64,000 nucleotides of DNA from Eledone cirrhosa (taxonomy: Eukaryota), in contig OZ024740.1 in the NCBI GenBank assembly GCA_964016885.1, positions 333,002,001 through 333,066,000 on the forward strand, in the 5' to 3' direction. Of this stretch, positions 13,630 through 27,459 are shown in pieces. How positions within the stretch are numbered: position 1 is the stretch's first letter; each line of letters starts with the position of its first letter. A program made the translations under genes and the position numbers. The notes under the pieces are model-generated. The model made no database searches. It was given only the letters and a program-made list of their open reading frames with translations, and was not told the origin of the DNA.

Positions 13630-15953
13630 CTTTTACAAATAAAGCTTTTCCTTGATATTAAGAGGATTATTGTTCATTATTAATATACCATTACCATTTC
13701 ATACATTGATCCTAAAATTATTTTCCACCAATGTTGATCTTATTGCATTAACTACAAATAGTTTATGACATACAATGACCATTGTTAAACTAAACATTTG
13801 CTTTAGTTTATTAATTCCAGTATACATAATTCATTCCCCTGTCACAGATATATTTCTCATAATAGTAAACGTTTTTTTCTTTATATTCCGTCAAATACAT
13901 TCATACTTTATTGTTATTTGTTCCTTACGTTATAAAATGTGTGTTGTTGTTAGGACTATTATGCTAACTCAAACCTACACATATTTCTTCGGAATTACTG
14001 AAGGGTTATGATCGTTATGAATGTTTGTCAACAACCAAAGAACTCAATTGAAAATTCTTTGAATTTATGACGTATATTGCAATGACTATGTATTGAAGAG
14101 ATTAAAAATAATATCATGTAATGAATAAAGGATTCATATATTGCAAAAAGGAATATATTTGTGTACTCAGATTATATATTCATACTTCTTAAGCAAATCA
14201 ATATATATTTCACAATTCAACTTAGAAATGAATTTGGACATAACGATTACGTCTAGATATTTCTCTAGTTTTAGTTATTGTTTTCTATTTCTTCCTTTCC
14301 CTAGAATTCTGAATCCATGGCGGCAATATTAAATGTGCTAAGGTTTACTAATACACGTTATTTGCCAGCCATTTTCATCACCTAGTTTTATAGTATTATT
14401 CTCTGGATTTTATATTGTTTATAGTGTTTTTTATAATAATAAATGTCATAGTTCAAAAACTAACTTAAGCTGAATTTGAACAATTGAAATATGTATACTT
14501 GATATATATTCTGCCAATATCATATAATGAAATAATAAAAGTTTAATCAATTATATATACCGTGCTTCTAATCTAGCATTTCGAATTGCAATTCGTTTAA
14601 TATATATCTTCAATTTTCAGTGTGATATTAAAAGAAAAATAAATTAGTGTCAATATTATAGCTAATCATTCAATTGATGAGACCATTATGCTCGTGAAAC
14701 TTGTTCAAAGATAGAGAAGGAATTATCTACCACTGCATTATATAAATTGGGTGAATTAAATAGTAATGATCATCTGATAGGAACAATTTAACAACCACCA
14801 ATTATATTATGAATAGGAATTGAGTATTATTAAATTATATGGTTGGAATACTTTAACTAGTTCTGATTATATGACTGGCATGAATGAACCATCATATAGC
14901 ACAGAGTGGGTTTGGCATTTAAATATATCAGATTCTTTTTCATTTTTTAATGCTTTGTTCTTTTTTAGTTTTAACTTTTAAATTTTCCTGTCTTTTTCTT
15001 TTCTTTTTTTTCTTTTTGTACTTTTACACCGCCCACTATTCCTGGCAGGTTCATTGAGGCAAAGTCGAAACACTACCTGCATCACCTAACTAAATATGAA
15101 CTGGCGATGTTTTGTCCCGGAGAAGATTTACTGTAGATTACATGTCTAATTGAAGGTTAATCAATTGTTGCTAGCTCATTACTTTAATTTATATTCTTAA
15201 CATTTAAATAATACCAACATAAAGAACTACTAGTGAAATATAGAATTTTGATGTTTATGTGATTAAGTGATTATATAATATTTTCATTTCTAGCCATAGT
15301 TTAATTCTCACTATGTTCTCTTCCCTTGTCCGAAGAAAAATAATAATTAGCTTTCCTGATTTTTGTGCACAAAACAATAATATTGTAGAATGGGACAACA
15401 TTAAGAAATATGAATCTGTCATTTCGATTTTATCCAATAACTGAAGTTAAAAAACGGCCGGGACGAATTCGTAAACAAGATTCGATGCTAATTTGCTGCT
15501 GGATTCAAAATAAATAAGTTGAAACGGATTTATGAAATAGCTCTATACTTGTCACAGTGACAAAAAACAAAGCAAAACGTAAACACAAAACAGATTGATG
15601 TGTCATCTTTCCAATACGTGGAGAAGCTGAAAGGTACGGAACACGTCAGTGTTTCATATGAAAACTACTTTGCTACCAGGTGTGCGGGAGATTTGTTCAG
15701 ATGATTACAAAATATAATTAGCTCAATGTATTCAAACAATTGTAGTAAATGCTTGTTCCATGACAGAAATAGAATATGCACACACACATATCCCCCTCTC
15801 TCCATCTCCCCCTCTCTCTTTCACCCCCCCCCTCTCTGTATATATATATGGATGCAGTAAAAACCTGTTTAGACAATTACTCCCAAGATTGCTCGATTCT
15901 TGGGGTAGTACTAGCTGTTGAAACGGCAAGAACTCAGCTGTCCGGGTCCCGAC

Positions 15954-15986
<33 letters not shown>

Positions 15987-16519
15987 ATCTATGAATAAAT
16001 ATTTCGTTTTTATCTCTAGCAAAATCTGTTTACATATGTAACTGAGGTTAGTTATTTAATCAAATTACATTTAGTATACGACCATTTAAAAAAATTGTCA
16101 CCTCCTGTAAATCATGATGAATATTTAATTTCATTTCTACAGCCGAATTAGAAATATACATGGAAAGTTGCCAATATCAGTTAATGGTCTCAGATTATTA
16201 ATAGTTGAATCTTGCAGCTTCACTTAAAACACATATACTGAAGATCAATTTTGATATAATTCTTACATCAACCTATGCCAAATTCGTTTAAATATAGATA
16301 AAATAGTTCTAGTCGCACATATTCCAAGTAGTTTTGTTTGATGAATGGAAGTATTTAATCTCTTTATCTTTAAAGTTTCAAATTCTGAAATTAGCCCCAA
16401 GAATTACAGTTCGTATTGAGATGAATCACTTACCGAATTGTGTGTAACTCGTCAAATCGAACCAAGGAAAGAATGGTTCTTTCCATTGCTGATACTCTGT
16501 ATCGGTTGCAACTCATGAC

Positions 16520-16635
16520 AAAAAGAACAACCTGAAATGAAATATCTTGATCTAAGACACAACTCATCACCCGGACCGGACACCGAACTCACAATCTAGC
16601 GATTCTGATTCTCTAACTACTAAGCTATAAGCCTT
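16520..16635 (-). mobile_element. Degenerate tRNA-derived SINE head
   Basis: The minus strand reads TAGCTTAGTAGTTAG (A-box-like) ... GAGTTCGGTGTCCGG (B-box-like) ... GTGTCTTAGATCAAGATATTT. Confidence 0.55.
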
Positions 16636-16799
16636 TCTTCGAGGTACTACAAATAAGCAGCAATGTAAAACAAGTCAACGTAAAGGCTTTACGAGGTAGG
16701 TAAACGTTAGTGCAAAAGCACAAGTAGAAAAGTACTGGATACGTGCACCTAGAATCCAGACAATTCTTTAATATAATCTCAGTATACATTTGACACATT

Positions 16800-16889
<90 letters not shown>

Positions 16890-16999
16890 TATATATATGT
16901 GTGGGTGTGTTTGTGCGTAGAACTTATTCATAAGAATGAAACAATTTTAGTCCCGTAGAAGCAATTTCTATATTAAATATTGGCGTTTATCAGCGTTTA

Positions 17000-17340
17000 T
17001 CAGCGTCGCAGGTCATAGGATAAGTAGTGTCTGATTTTGTCCGGCACTCCAGGTGGATAGCCACTGGGACGAGTAACGAGCAAGGTTTACGAGGCCCTCC
17101 AAGAAATGGGCCGAGGAATAACATTCTCTGAAAGATCGTGCAGAAGTGCTGAATGTATACATCTCCGTCGTAAACTTCCGGCTGATCGCAATGCCTTGCT
17201 GCAGTCGGCGTCTCACCAGATTGGAACGTGTGCTCCTTCACTTCTTGTGGAAGGGTCTGATTCCACTGGACAGACGGTCCATCTTCCGCCGACTTACTTC
17301 ACCCCGGAGGGCTGGTAATGTATGTCTTTCACTAGTTCGT
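17000..17340 (+). mobile_element. L1/Tx1-type LINE fragment (post-RT region)
   Basis: WAEE.LSLKDRAEVLNVYI...RLERVLLHFLWKG. Same family as 43760-43900. Confidence 0.65.
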
Positions 17341-17904
17341 CTATTTCACGTAGCTGCGGACTTTCGTCAAACGTAGATCGAAAAACTGCGACTATCATCT
17401 AGAACATTCCAGGGGCTTACAGCCCTGTACTAGTTGGGCAACTTGCTTGAAGGGTATTCCACATTAGTGTCCTATAGAGCATTCCAGGTCGTCATTCTAT
17501 TCAGTTGGTAGAGGTATTTGGTTCTATATAATGTATAATTACGACTTTTCATAATTCTACTATGACTCAATTCGTGTCAAAAGTATGTGTAATATGTGCT
17601 CGCATTTGCGATATAATTACATGTAGCTTTTCGGATAGAATATTTCTTTAAAGTGACGATATGATGAGTAGTTGTCATGGAAACGTACAGAAAGACTCTT
17701 CAATATATAGATGAGATTATACACGTTTACAAACGAATTTCTAGTATTTTATTGCTGTTAATCTCCAACCTAATTTATTTTACCGCTCCGGTTGAGAACG
17801 ATATCAACATTCGATTGCCCGTAATTCAATATCATATAGATCACATCTAGTCAAACTCGTAGGTTAGTTCGCACTTATATGCACACGCGGGGACACATTC
17901 CTAT

Positions 17905-17907
<3 letters not shown>

Positions 17908-17996
<89 letters not shown>

Positions 17997-18074
17997 ACAC
18001 ACACACATACACACACAGCAACAACACATACACATACACACACACATACACACACACACATCAACAACACACAT

Positions 18075-18106
<32 letters not shown>

Positions 18107-18150
18107 CACACACACACACACACACTCACACACACAGCAACAACACATAG
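17908..18150. repeat. (CA)n microsatellite
   Basis: Seen directly. Confidence 0.97.
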
Positions 18151-18947
18151 AGAGAGATTTCCGAATTTTATCCAGGGTGACCAGTTTAAAAAGGTACTCA
18201 ACACATTAGTATAAGTACTTATTTTATTTTATATAGAAATGGCTTCTACGGGACTAAAACTGTTTAATTCGCATGAAATCATCATTCTTTGTGATTTGAT
18301 ATATCCTTCACATCTGGTATGGGTAAGCAATACTTCCTCAAAAAAGGCTTCTCGGACGTTCAAGTCTCAGCCAAAGCATGTTGCTGTCCATTTAACAGTG
18401 GAACGCCGTTACTATAAGACTCGAGGCACCTACGTGAAGATTTGTGACTGTACTTCTAGTTGGTCACCTCCACACACGTTGCCACTCCTTTACCGCTGTG
18501 GGACTTGTGGAGAAATATCTGCACGTAGATATGGCATTGGTATCTGCTTGTGCTAGGCATATAACACCCACTCTGTCCTCGCAGGTATGTGTCATGTGTC
18601 TACATAAAAGCCAAGTCAAACTAACAGGGCAGTTACGAGGATCACATCTGTTATTGTCATGAAGCTCTTCAACATACCTTGTTTTGGTATGGGGATATTA
18701 GTCACCGACCACGCGACTATGACACATGTTGTACTGGGCTTCATGGTACCAATAGCAGTACAGATATCAATCTATCAAACAATAATATATAATATATCTA
18801 TACTCTACTATTCCATGTATCGAACAATGGTCTAACTAGTTTCAAGCTGGTTCTATCCTTATATATATATAGTTGTTGTATGGTTGCACATAATGCGTCC
18901 GTGGGTGGTATGCCGTTTGAACACTAGATGCTCGCGCAGAGCAGAGT

Positions 18948-19019
18948 GTGAATGACTGCAGAGAAGTGAATGACTGCAGCACAGTGAATGACTGGAGCGC
19001 AGTGAATGACTGCAGCCAG
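18948..19019 (+). repeat. 4 x 18-bp minisatellite GTGAATGACTGCAG-N4
   Basis: Units start at 18948, 18966, 18984 and 19002. Confidence 0.9.
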
Positions 19020-19673
19020 TGGGTGGATTTGAGTGGTAAAAGGATAGCAGGGACGCTTGAACTACTTAACCAATGAAAAGGAAGTATTAACAGGATGATT
19101 TTAGCGGCTGCCGCTGGAACGGATGATATGCTTTGAAAACGCAAAACATAGTTAAGGAACTTGCGAATGCAGAATCATGTTCGATCTGTAACAGATCCTG
19201 GCATGAGCTGATCGCCGGAGAAACATATGTAATATGTTAATAGATTGTGTTTTGATGCATTACTGATTTCTCGTTATCTATAATATACATCACCTGATCA
19301 ATGAAACAATTGTCAATACCTGAAATAAAGCCCCTTGGTGTACAGCCAACCATGTTACTCTTCATTCTTTCACAATTATTACTCCAAGTATAACCTACAT
19401 AGGAATTACCGCGAACTCGCTGCCTAACTGTGGAAAGATCTTGTTGAGTTAAACAAAGCCGTACGTTAAAACTATCCACGACGCAGAGTACTCACAACCT
19501 CTTACTGGATTACCTATAACGATAACTTGATACCCCATATACATATATATATATGTGTATATATATATATATCGAAACGGCTTGAGCTCTGCTGTCGGGG
19601 TCATACTTTTTCCTATTACCCACTCTACTACCCTAAGTATTGAGTACTCTGGCTCCTAACCACAACTCCTTCG

Positions 19674-19766
<93 letters not shown>

Positions 19767-19931
19767 TAGTGGTAGAACAATATATATATAGATACATACA
19801 TACACAAACTAACTAGGGAAACCTCTTGTCGAGTCAAACAACGCCGTACGCTAAATCTATCCACAGCACAAACTACTCACAACCTCAACCTCCAATACTT
19901 TGAACGATATATATATATATATATATATATA

Positions 19932-20506
19932 TGTAATTAGGGTGACACAAAGCAGACTTTGTTTACAAACTGCTAGCGAATTTGAAAATAAGGTAAGTAC
20001 TTGTGCTTACGCCGTATTTAACTATTGTTGGGATTTAAAAAACACCTCTGATGGAAAAAAAAGGATTAATATTGACGTATATGGGACACGAACCCCATCT
20101 TTGGTTTGCCACGCCAATGTGTTACCATTACACCAACACGCCACCCATGCTTCCTTTAATTCAATTATAAGGTATGTAACTATAGCAGGTAAATATATAT
20201 ATGTAAATAGGGAGACATTAATCAGGCAAATTTTAAAATATTGTCGTAACATGGGCTTTCGCCGTATTTGACTACATATAATTAGTCTGTTAGTTGGGAT
20301 TTTAAAGAACCCTTTGAATGGAAAAAAGGAATGAGTATTGACAAACATGGTGCACAACCCACATCTTTGTTTTTTGGACCAATGTGTTACCATTACACTA
20401 ACAGGCCAACCATACTTTCTTCCATTCAATTAGAAGGTATGTAACCATAATACTTATTTTCTAATTCGTTAGCCGTTTGTAAAAAAAGCCTGCTTTGTAT
20501 CTCCCT

Positions 20507-20513
<7 letters not shown>
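19932..20513. mobile_element. MITE-like element with ~60-bp imperfect terminal inverted repeats and an internal duplicated unit
   Basis: TGTAATTAGGGTGACACAAAGCAGACTTTG..GAAAATAAG versus CTTATTTTC..GCCTGCTTTGTATCTCCCTATTTACA. Internal direct repeat 20025-20182 / 20290-20447. Sits between (TA)n and (CA)n. Confidence 0.7.
20073..20143 (-). ncRNA. tRNA-like cloverleaf (pseudo-tRNA or SINE head) inside the MITE
   Basis: Minus strand: 7-bp acceptor stem TGGCGTG/TACGTCA, A box TGGTGTAATGG, TTGG/CCAA anticodon arm, GGTTCG B-box-like motif, then T8 about 10 nt downstream. Confidence 0.5.
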
Positions 20514-20596
<83 letters not shown>

Positions 20597-20636
20597 AGTG
20601 TAAGTTTCTACACAAAACGAAGGTTATAGAGAACAT

Positions 20637-21168
20637 TGAGGTTGGTAATGGCACATGGAATATATAAGAGACAGAACACTTTTTTGTGTAAAAACATAAT
20701 TTTATAAGGTAAGGAAAGAATAAAGGGTATAAAAAATGACCCTCTCCCCTCTCCTACCGACCACATGGAGATATATGTATGTATATTGCTTCCACCCCCT
20801 CACTGACCAGCAGCTGGCCATATGGCCATTGCTAAATCTGACCTTTAAAAAAACCACTCCCCACAAATAATTCCTCATTCACTACCAGAAAAGGACACAC
20901 AGCAGTCAACTTGCTGCTACCAAGATGAAAACTACTATTAAATCCCACACTGAATTTTATACTTGAATTTTCAAATCTCAAATTTTAACTCTTCTTATTA
21001 TTAATTTTTCTTAATATTAATCAACATTTGAAAAGATGGCTTTTGCAGACACATCGAAACTGGTCATTTTTTATACCCTTTATTCTTTCCTTACCTTATA
21101 AAATTATATGTTTTTACACAAAAAAGTATTCTGTCTCTTATATATTCCATTGGCCATTACCAACCTCA
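20637..21168. repeat. ~105-bp inverted repeat (20637-20741 / 21062-21168), probable inverted PLE pseudo-LTR
   Basis: The arms are near-identical reverse complements. A degenerate HHR lies immediately 5' of the right arm. Confidence 0.75.
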
Positions 21169-21169
21169 A

Positions 21170-21257
<88 letters not shown>

Positions 21258-21357
21258 CAAAGGAATTGTGTTTAAGGAACCAGATGGACCATAACGCACC
21301 AGAGTACTCAATACTTAGGAAACGGCTTGAGCTCTGCCGTCGGGGTCATACTTTTTC

Positions 21358-21392
<35 letters not shown>

Positions 21393-21724
21393 CCTAATTA
21401 GGTTACATATTTGAAAATATATATATACGGTAAGTATGAATATCCTATATTACCATGTATGGAAATTATGTGCATTTAACTTACTCTAAACTTTTCTGTC
21501 CACCAAGACCTTTCCACATTTTGAAAGAAGCAGGTTTCCTTGAATCCTTCTAATATGCAGGGTAATTTCATCTGTAGGCGGTTTCGATACCCAATCAACT
21601 GGAACAGAATGTACCAAACGAAATTCCACCGTTCAGTTCTTGTTGCTTCACTAACGGATAGTGAATGCTAAAATAATTATGTGCGTGTGTGCGTGTGTGT
21701 GTGGGGGCTGCATATATGTGTGTG

Positions 21725-21761
<37 letters not shown>

Positions 21762-23744
21762 TAAGAGAGAGAGAGAGAAAGTAAGAGAGAGAGAGAGAGA
21801 GAGAGTGTGTGTGTGCGTGTCTCTGTGTTTGTGTGTGTACGCAAATGAAGACGTCAACAAGGAACTGAAAGCCATATATTCATCCATCTCTAATGAATAG
21901 GTTCTAGTTTGCGTTCAGATTCAAGACTGATTTTGTATGGGCGCAACAAAATTAATCTTTCAGTGCTACTTGAACGATAGTCCACCGCGGAATAAAAGGA
22001 AAACAAAAGGGAGATCAGAGCCCTCCCTAGCTGTGTTTATTATGAGCTTTATTCTGAGCTTCACCATGCTGCAAAAAATTGAAATCGACATCATTTAGAA
22101 CATATACTCTAACTCTGGATTGAAACATCAACAGAAATTTAGTGATGTTGATTTTGATGATGTGAACTAAATATATTCGGCGTGTCATTACGTTTTGTAA
22201 AAAAAAGGAACAATGAACCTAAGTCAACTGTATATAACGGACCGCGAGAAAGTTGCCGTCTAACGAATTTACCATACACGACATGGATAAATCCGAAGAT
22301 ATAGTGGAATATAACCACCGAAACTGCCACAAAAATGGGATTGAATTCCAAATTACGAGATTTCGAGGAATACCTCATAACCTCACATTTATGAAGCCAT
22401 GTTATATATAACTTGTTTGAAACATATCATGCTACCTTCAGAATTAAAATACAATGCACATAGTATTTGAATTAATATCGGAGAGCTTAAATCTCACTTC
22501 TGCTATTCAATCAAGGTTAGAGAATTGGAAATAAATATTTGAAATAGCATAACAAAATTCCATATTGTAAATGCATATCCATAATGTATTTCAACTAATA
22601 GTATTTCTATAATTACTAACACGATGTATTTGTTACTGAGAAATACATTTTTTGATGATTGGAGACGTGAAACTAATATTTCTAAAAATAATTGTTTGTC
22701 GGAGTGCGGTATTTATGGTGAAAAATCTACCTCCTATTTTCATATATATATATTCCTATAATGAGAGAACCAATAATGTAACATAACTGGAAAAATATAT
22801 GTAGTGATAGCTACTGTCGATCCTATTTTGTTCTGGTGCAGTTACTCAACACGTGTATAGTTTGCTTTCCCATTAGAGCTACTATAATTTCAACGTTTCC
22901 ATTATACATCATATAATTGATTTCTCCTGCGAATATTCAACTATTACTATTATCTTTTCAGAACAATATAAATTTTTGCATTCGCTTTAACCCTGGAGAT
23001 ATTTCCAGATTCAGCAGTGTTAAAATCGCATTGACTTTTAATAAAAATACGAAAGAGGGTGAAAAAAAAGAAAGTACACACCCACTCATAGATATATAGA
23101 TATATATATGTGTGTGTGTGTGGGGGGGGGGGGGTATGTGTGTGTGTATGTGCGTGTATGAGTGTGGATGTGTGTGTGTGTCTGTGTGTGTGTTTGTTTG
23201 CAATTACATGTAAATATATGCATGCAAACAAATATTCATACACATTTATAGATCGATAACCATACTGCATCTTACCATGCATTGAGTACTCCCATGATTA
23301 ATGGTCCCCTCGGCCTCAGATTCTCTCGCTCTCTCTTTATATATATATCTGTATAGGCATATATATATATGTGTGTGTATGTATAGGCATATATACATAT
23401 ATATGCATATATATATATATATATATAAACGAAAAAAATGAAACGAAATTTCATTTCCCACTCTTAGTACGGCTGTTATTTAAATATAAGTATCTACACG
23501 TACATACATATATGTATACAGACGTACAGTAGTATGTATACATACAAACATACACGCACACATATATATATGTACGTATGGATTCACCAGACATTTATTA
23601 TAATGCTCGGTGTGTTTGTAAACAAACATCCCGTATTAAGCCGTAGTGTCCAGCAAATATCGTTGCTCGTTTGTTCAACACTGACAAAGGAACGCTGTAC
23701 TAGTTGCAAGCTTATTAGCTATCGTCAGCAACGTATAATAAATG

Positions 23745-25815
23745 TTTGACCCTAGCAATTTAACCGGTCCGTCCGTCCAACGCCCGACGACGCTGTTGGA
23801 CGGCATGGCCCTGCCTCTCCAGATGCCGAGCTGCAGGCCCACTGACTTTTCCTGGTTGATCATTGCTCCTGTCACCGCTTCGTATTCTCTTAGTGTAGTG
23901 CTGATAGCCTCGATGTGATTGGCGTTCGATACCACTACGGTGACATTGTCCGCATATGCTGACACGGATCTTCCGCATCATAGTCCGCGCGGGAGCCTCC
24001 TCAACGTCTCCAGTTTGTGCAGTAATGGCTCGAGAGTCAATAAGTACAAGAGGGCCGAGAGGGGCCATCCTTGGCGGACCGAGCGCATGATGTTGAACGG
24101 TTCCGAAAGGTGACCGTTCACTCTCACCACAGAGTAGATGTTGCTGTGCATGGCAGCTACCCAGCCTCTGAAGACGGGCCCAAAGCCAGCCGCTTTCAGG
24201 ACTGCCGCTAGGTAACGATGGTCGACCATATCGAAAGCTTTCGACTGATCTAAATTGATCAAGGACCCACCCGTGCCAGGTTCACTAGCTACTCTCTCTA
24301 CGATGTATCGCATGAGGTGGAGGTTGTCGTTGATGGATCTGTCGGTAATGGCGCATGTCTGCGCCTCTTCTACCAGACCGCCTACGACAAGCGCCAATCT
24401 CTTTGCTAGCACCTTGGCCAAAATATTGAACTCTGTGTTAGCAGAGTTATGGGCATGAAATTATCTATGTTATCCCCCTTGTTCGGATCCTTTCTCAGCA
24501 GCGCCACAATTCCTAGGCTCACAGAGCTGGGAATTCTCCCGTTCTGTTGCCAGTTGCAGTAGACGTCTGCCATAAGGCCTCCGAACAAGTCTGGCATCTG
24601 TACGTAAAATTGATAGGGCAGACCATCCAAACCAGGCGATTTACCCCTTGTGCAGCCAGTCATTGCCTCCCGTACTTCAGCGGCTGTTATCGGATTTTCG
24701 CAACACTCTGCCTCAGTGGCCGAGAGCCGCGGCAGTCCGTCGACGTAGACACTAATGTTCATCCCCCGATCCGGCCCGCCGCTGCCCCCGAACAGCTGTG
24801 CGAAGTGTCACTGAAAAGCTTCATACATTTTTGAAGGATCGAGTAGCATGCGCATGTCCTGGTCCAACAAAGACCGGATCGTGGCATTGTTGCCACGATG
24901 CGCCTCCGCCACTTGGGCCTATTGAACGGCTTTCGTCCCCTCGTGTCTGAGAGCACGCACTGTAGCTCTGACAACGCAGCCTTCGAAATTTGCATTGAAG
25001 AATTAGCCAAGGGCCAATTAGCCGCAAGTACGTCAGTCAAGATGCCTTTGCTAAGCGCCTCGTTTAATTGTCTAACTAGTTCTCCCTCTGCTCTATTTTT
25101 CTCTATTGCTAAAGCCTTACTAAACCTAATGGACTCTATTCTAATCGCTCTTTTCAGAGCAAACCACCACTTATTGTTGAAGACGGCCTCCGTCAACGCT
25201 CGCTTAACTAGTTCGCTAATCCGGTCTCTGTAGGCCTTGCACGCTAGTAAGGACGCGTTTAGATTCCAGTAGCCGAGTCCTCGTCTATGAAGCCTATCTA
25301 AGTCAAGCACACAGATCACGAATTTGTGGTCCCTGTAGCTGACTATCTTAAATTGTGGAAGCCCATGCTAGACCTATATAATTTCCCTACAAAATACTCT
25401 ATCTAGATATGATCTGGATGACCCGATGCGGTTTGTCCAAGTCCACATTGGCACATTCGGGAAAGTCAATCGGTATCTGTCAGACAGTTCAAAACGCCTG
25501 AGCAGGTTGGTGAGGCTCTTGCACCCTCCTCCCCTACTTACCTTCTGGGTCCAGGAAGATGGCCCATATGGCGAGATCCAAACCTCTCGGAAAAAGCACA
25601 GCAACTCCTCCTCCTGATCCAGGACGGCTGAGAGATGCGTACACATCGTAGCCGCCGAAGATCGGTGCGAAGGCCCGTGCTTCGGAGATTCTGGTCTCGC
25701 TGATGGCCACTACATCTATGTTTAGTGACCTGAGGTCGTTGAGCAGGTGGCCCTGCTTCCATGACGACCCCAAGGCATGCGCATTTATGCAGCCTATTCT
25801 TTGTGAGGTCATCTT
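23745..25815 (-). mobile_element. L1/Tx1-clade LINE ORF2 (APE endonuclease + RT), frameshifted, 3'-truncated
   Basis: IGCINAHAL, DVVAISETR, TWTN..SYLDRVF, DHKFV, GYWNLNASLL, KSPGLDGLPYQFY, LDQSKAFDMVDH, VRQGWPLS, SAYADNVTV, INQEKS, VKLLG. Confidence 0.92.
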
Positions 25816-25849
25816 GAAATGGAGTGGAAAAGATGGGAAAGACCACTTA

Positions 25850-26480
25850 CCTTACTTCTCGTAGAGGAAGGATGGTTTCTCCATCCCTTTTCACTTGATC
25901 GTCTGTTGAAGGGACCGTTGAATCGTCCCTTCGGCTGGTCGTCGATCTTTCTGTGAGTATATCCGAATATACTCTGCGGTTGAGAGTCCCTCCTAGGTCT
26001 CTGAAATCACCAACTGCGTTGGCGAATTTCGTTTCAATGTTTCTGTATTGTTTCTGTGCTATTTTTACCAGTCTTATGTTCGTTGGAGTTATGATTGGTG
26101 CTGATATTATGTAATCGTGCTGTGTAATGTCTGTGTGTTCAATTATGAAAGTCATTAGTTTCTTGTTGTGTATTTATTGCTGTGCATTTGTTTTTCTGGG
26201 GGTGGGTGTGGTTCTGCTATGTTATTGTCGTTTGGTCGTGGAGTATGATAGGTTGACAATGTGTATTGAATATCCTGCTCTATCTATGTAATTTGGGGAA
26301 ATATTTATCCAGTGCATTGAAGAAAAGGCAAGTGATGCTAGATTTTATACCCGAGAAATGTGTGGGTTGTACCGTAGGACAGAATTAAATCATGTCTTGT
26401 TCAGTTGTGGCCTAGCCTTATTGAGTTCAACATACTTTGTGGATGTTTTCCTAAGGTTTGCATTAAGGATTCTAGAGCGG
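25850..26480 (-). mobile_element. Degenerate Penelope-like fragment
   Basis: FFNALDKYFPKLHR.SRIFN matches the LDKHFPPNHRYYKIFNR linker of the PLEs at 54 and 61-63 kb. Confidence 0.55.
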
Positions 26481-27459
26481 GTATTATATTTAGTATTGTA
26501 GTTAGTTGTGGTGGGGTTGTTGTATCCATTGCTTGGCTTATCTGTATTCCAGCCCCCGGCTAAGCTCGTGGTAGTTGTACTACTATATTTGGAGCATGCT
26601 AAGTTAGCTCTATCTCTACTATGTTTACGTTTGCTACCTATCGTTTTATTCTTAGTTAGTGTATCTCTACTAATGTTTGTATTCAGCGTTTGTTGTTAAC
26701 TTTGTACGGATGTGTTACTGACTATCACTTCGCAATTATTATATTTGATACTTGCCTCAAGCCCTAGCTAATACGTTATAATAGTAACTCGCCTTGCTAT
26801 TGAAAATGCACCTATTAGCTGAAAGCCTTGAGATCTTCTGTGCTCCGCTATTGACTACGGTCTGGTTACAGTCTTATGGTGGTTGGAGTAATAGCTAACG
26901 TAACTAAGGTTTTCATTTAATTTATGGTATGGGTAATTGAAGGCTAGAATTACCCCAAAAATGATAAACATTTATTTTCTCTTTTCAGAACACTGTTATT
27001 GTGACAAGGTACAAGTTGCGTTGTCAAGTTACAAACCCCTGTACAACTTCAGTATCCTTCAATTAGGTGAATAATGTATAATCCAACAAGGTCCGTAACG
27101 AGCCTAAAATTGAGGAGCTGTTAATCAAAGCACCAGAAAAAAACATACAATAGCAGTAGAGGGCTGATATTGCAGATATATACTCCCCGGATATCACGTC
27201 ACCTGCTGCCGAAACCTCTTAAAATCTACAACACTCATAGCTCTAATAGAACATTAAAACATGCTACTTTTCTAAGACGCCTAGTATATATGCCGGGAAC
27301 GGAGAGAACGAGAGGGAGAAAACAAGAAGAAATTGAAAGAGGTTAAGATATACATCAGCAGATGTTGTCTACGACATTGTGTCTAGGACATTTCGTCACT
27401 TGGCGATTTGGCTGTTAAAGAGGTTATCTTTTGAGACCAAATAAAGAAATAAATAATTG

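Noticed and set aside
15040-15082. CAGGT-TCATTGA-GGCAAAGTC-GAAA-CACT-ACCTG hammerhead look-alike
   Set aside because: The CUGANGA core is not matched, and there is only one copy.
15300-15720. Possible piggyBac C-terminal Cys-rich relic (RQCFI..CYQVCGRFV)
   Set aside because: Too decayed, and no TTAA/TIR pair was found.
18948-19019. 18-bp repeats with variable 4-nt ends as a CRISPR-like array
   Set aside because: No real spacers and no cas genes, in a eukaryotic context. It is a simple minisatellite.
26975-27072. Possible host exon (polypyrimidine-CAG acceptor, GT donors)
   Set aside because: No recognisable peptide or partner exons, and such sites are common by chance in AT-rich DNA.
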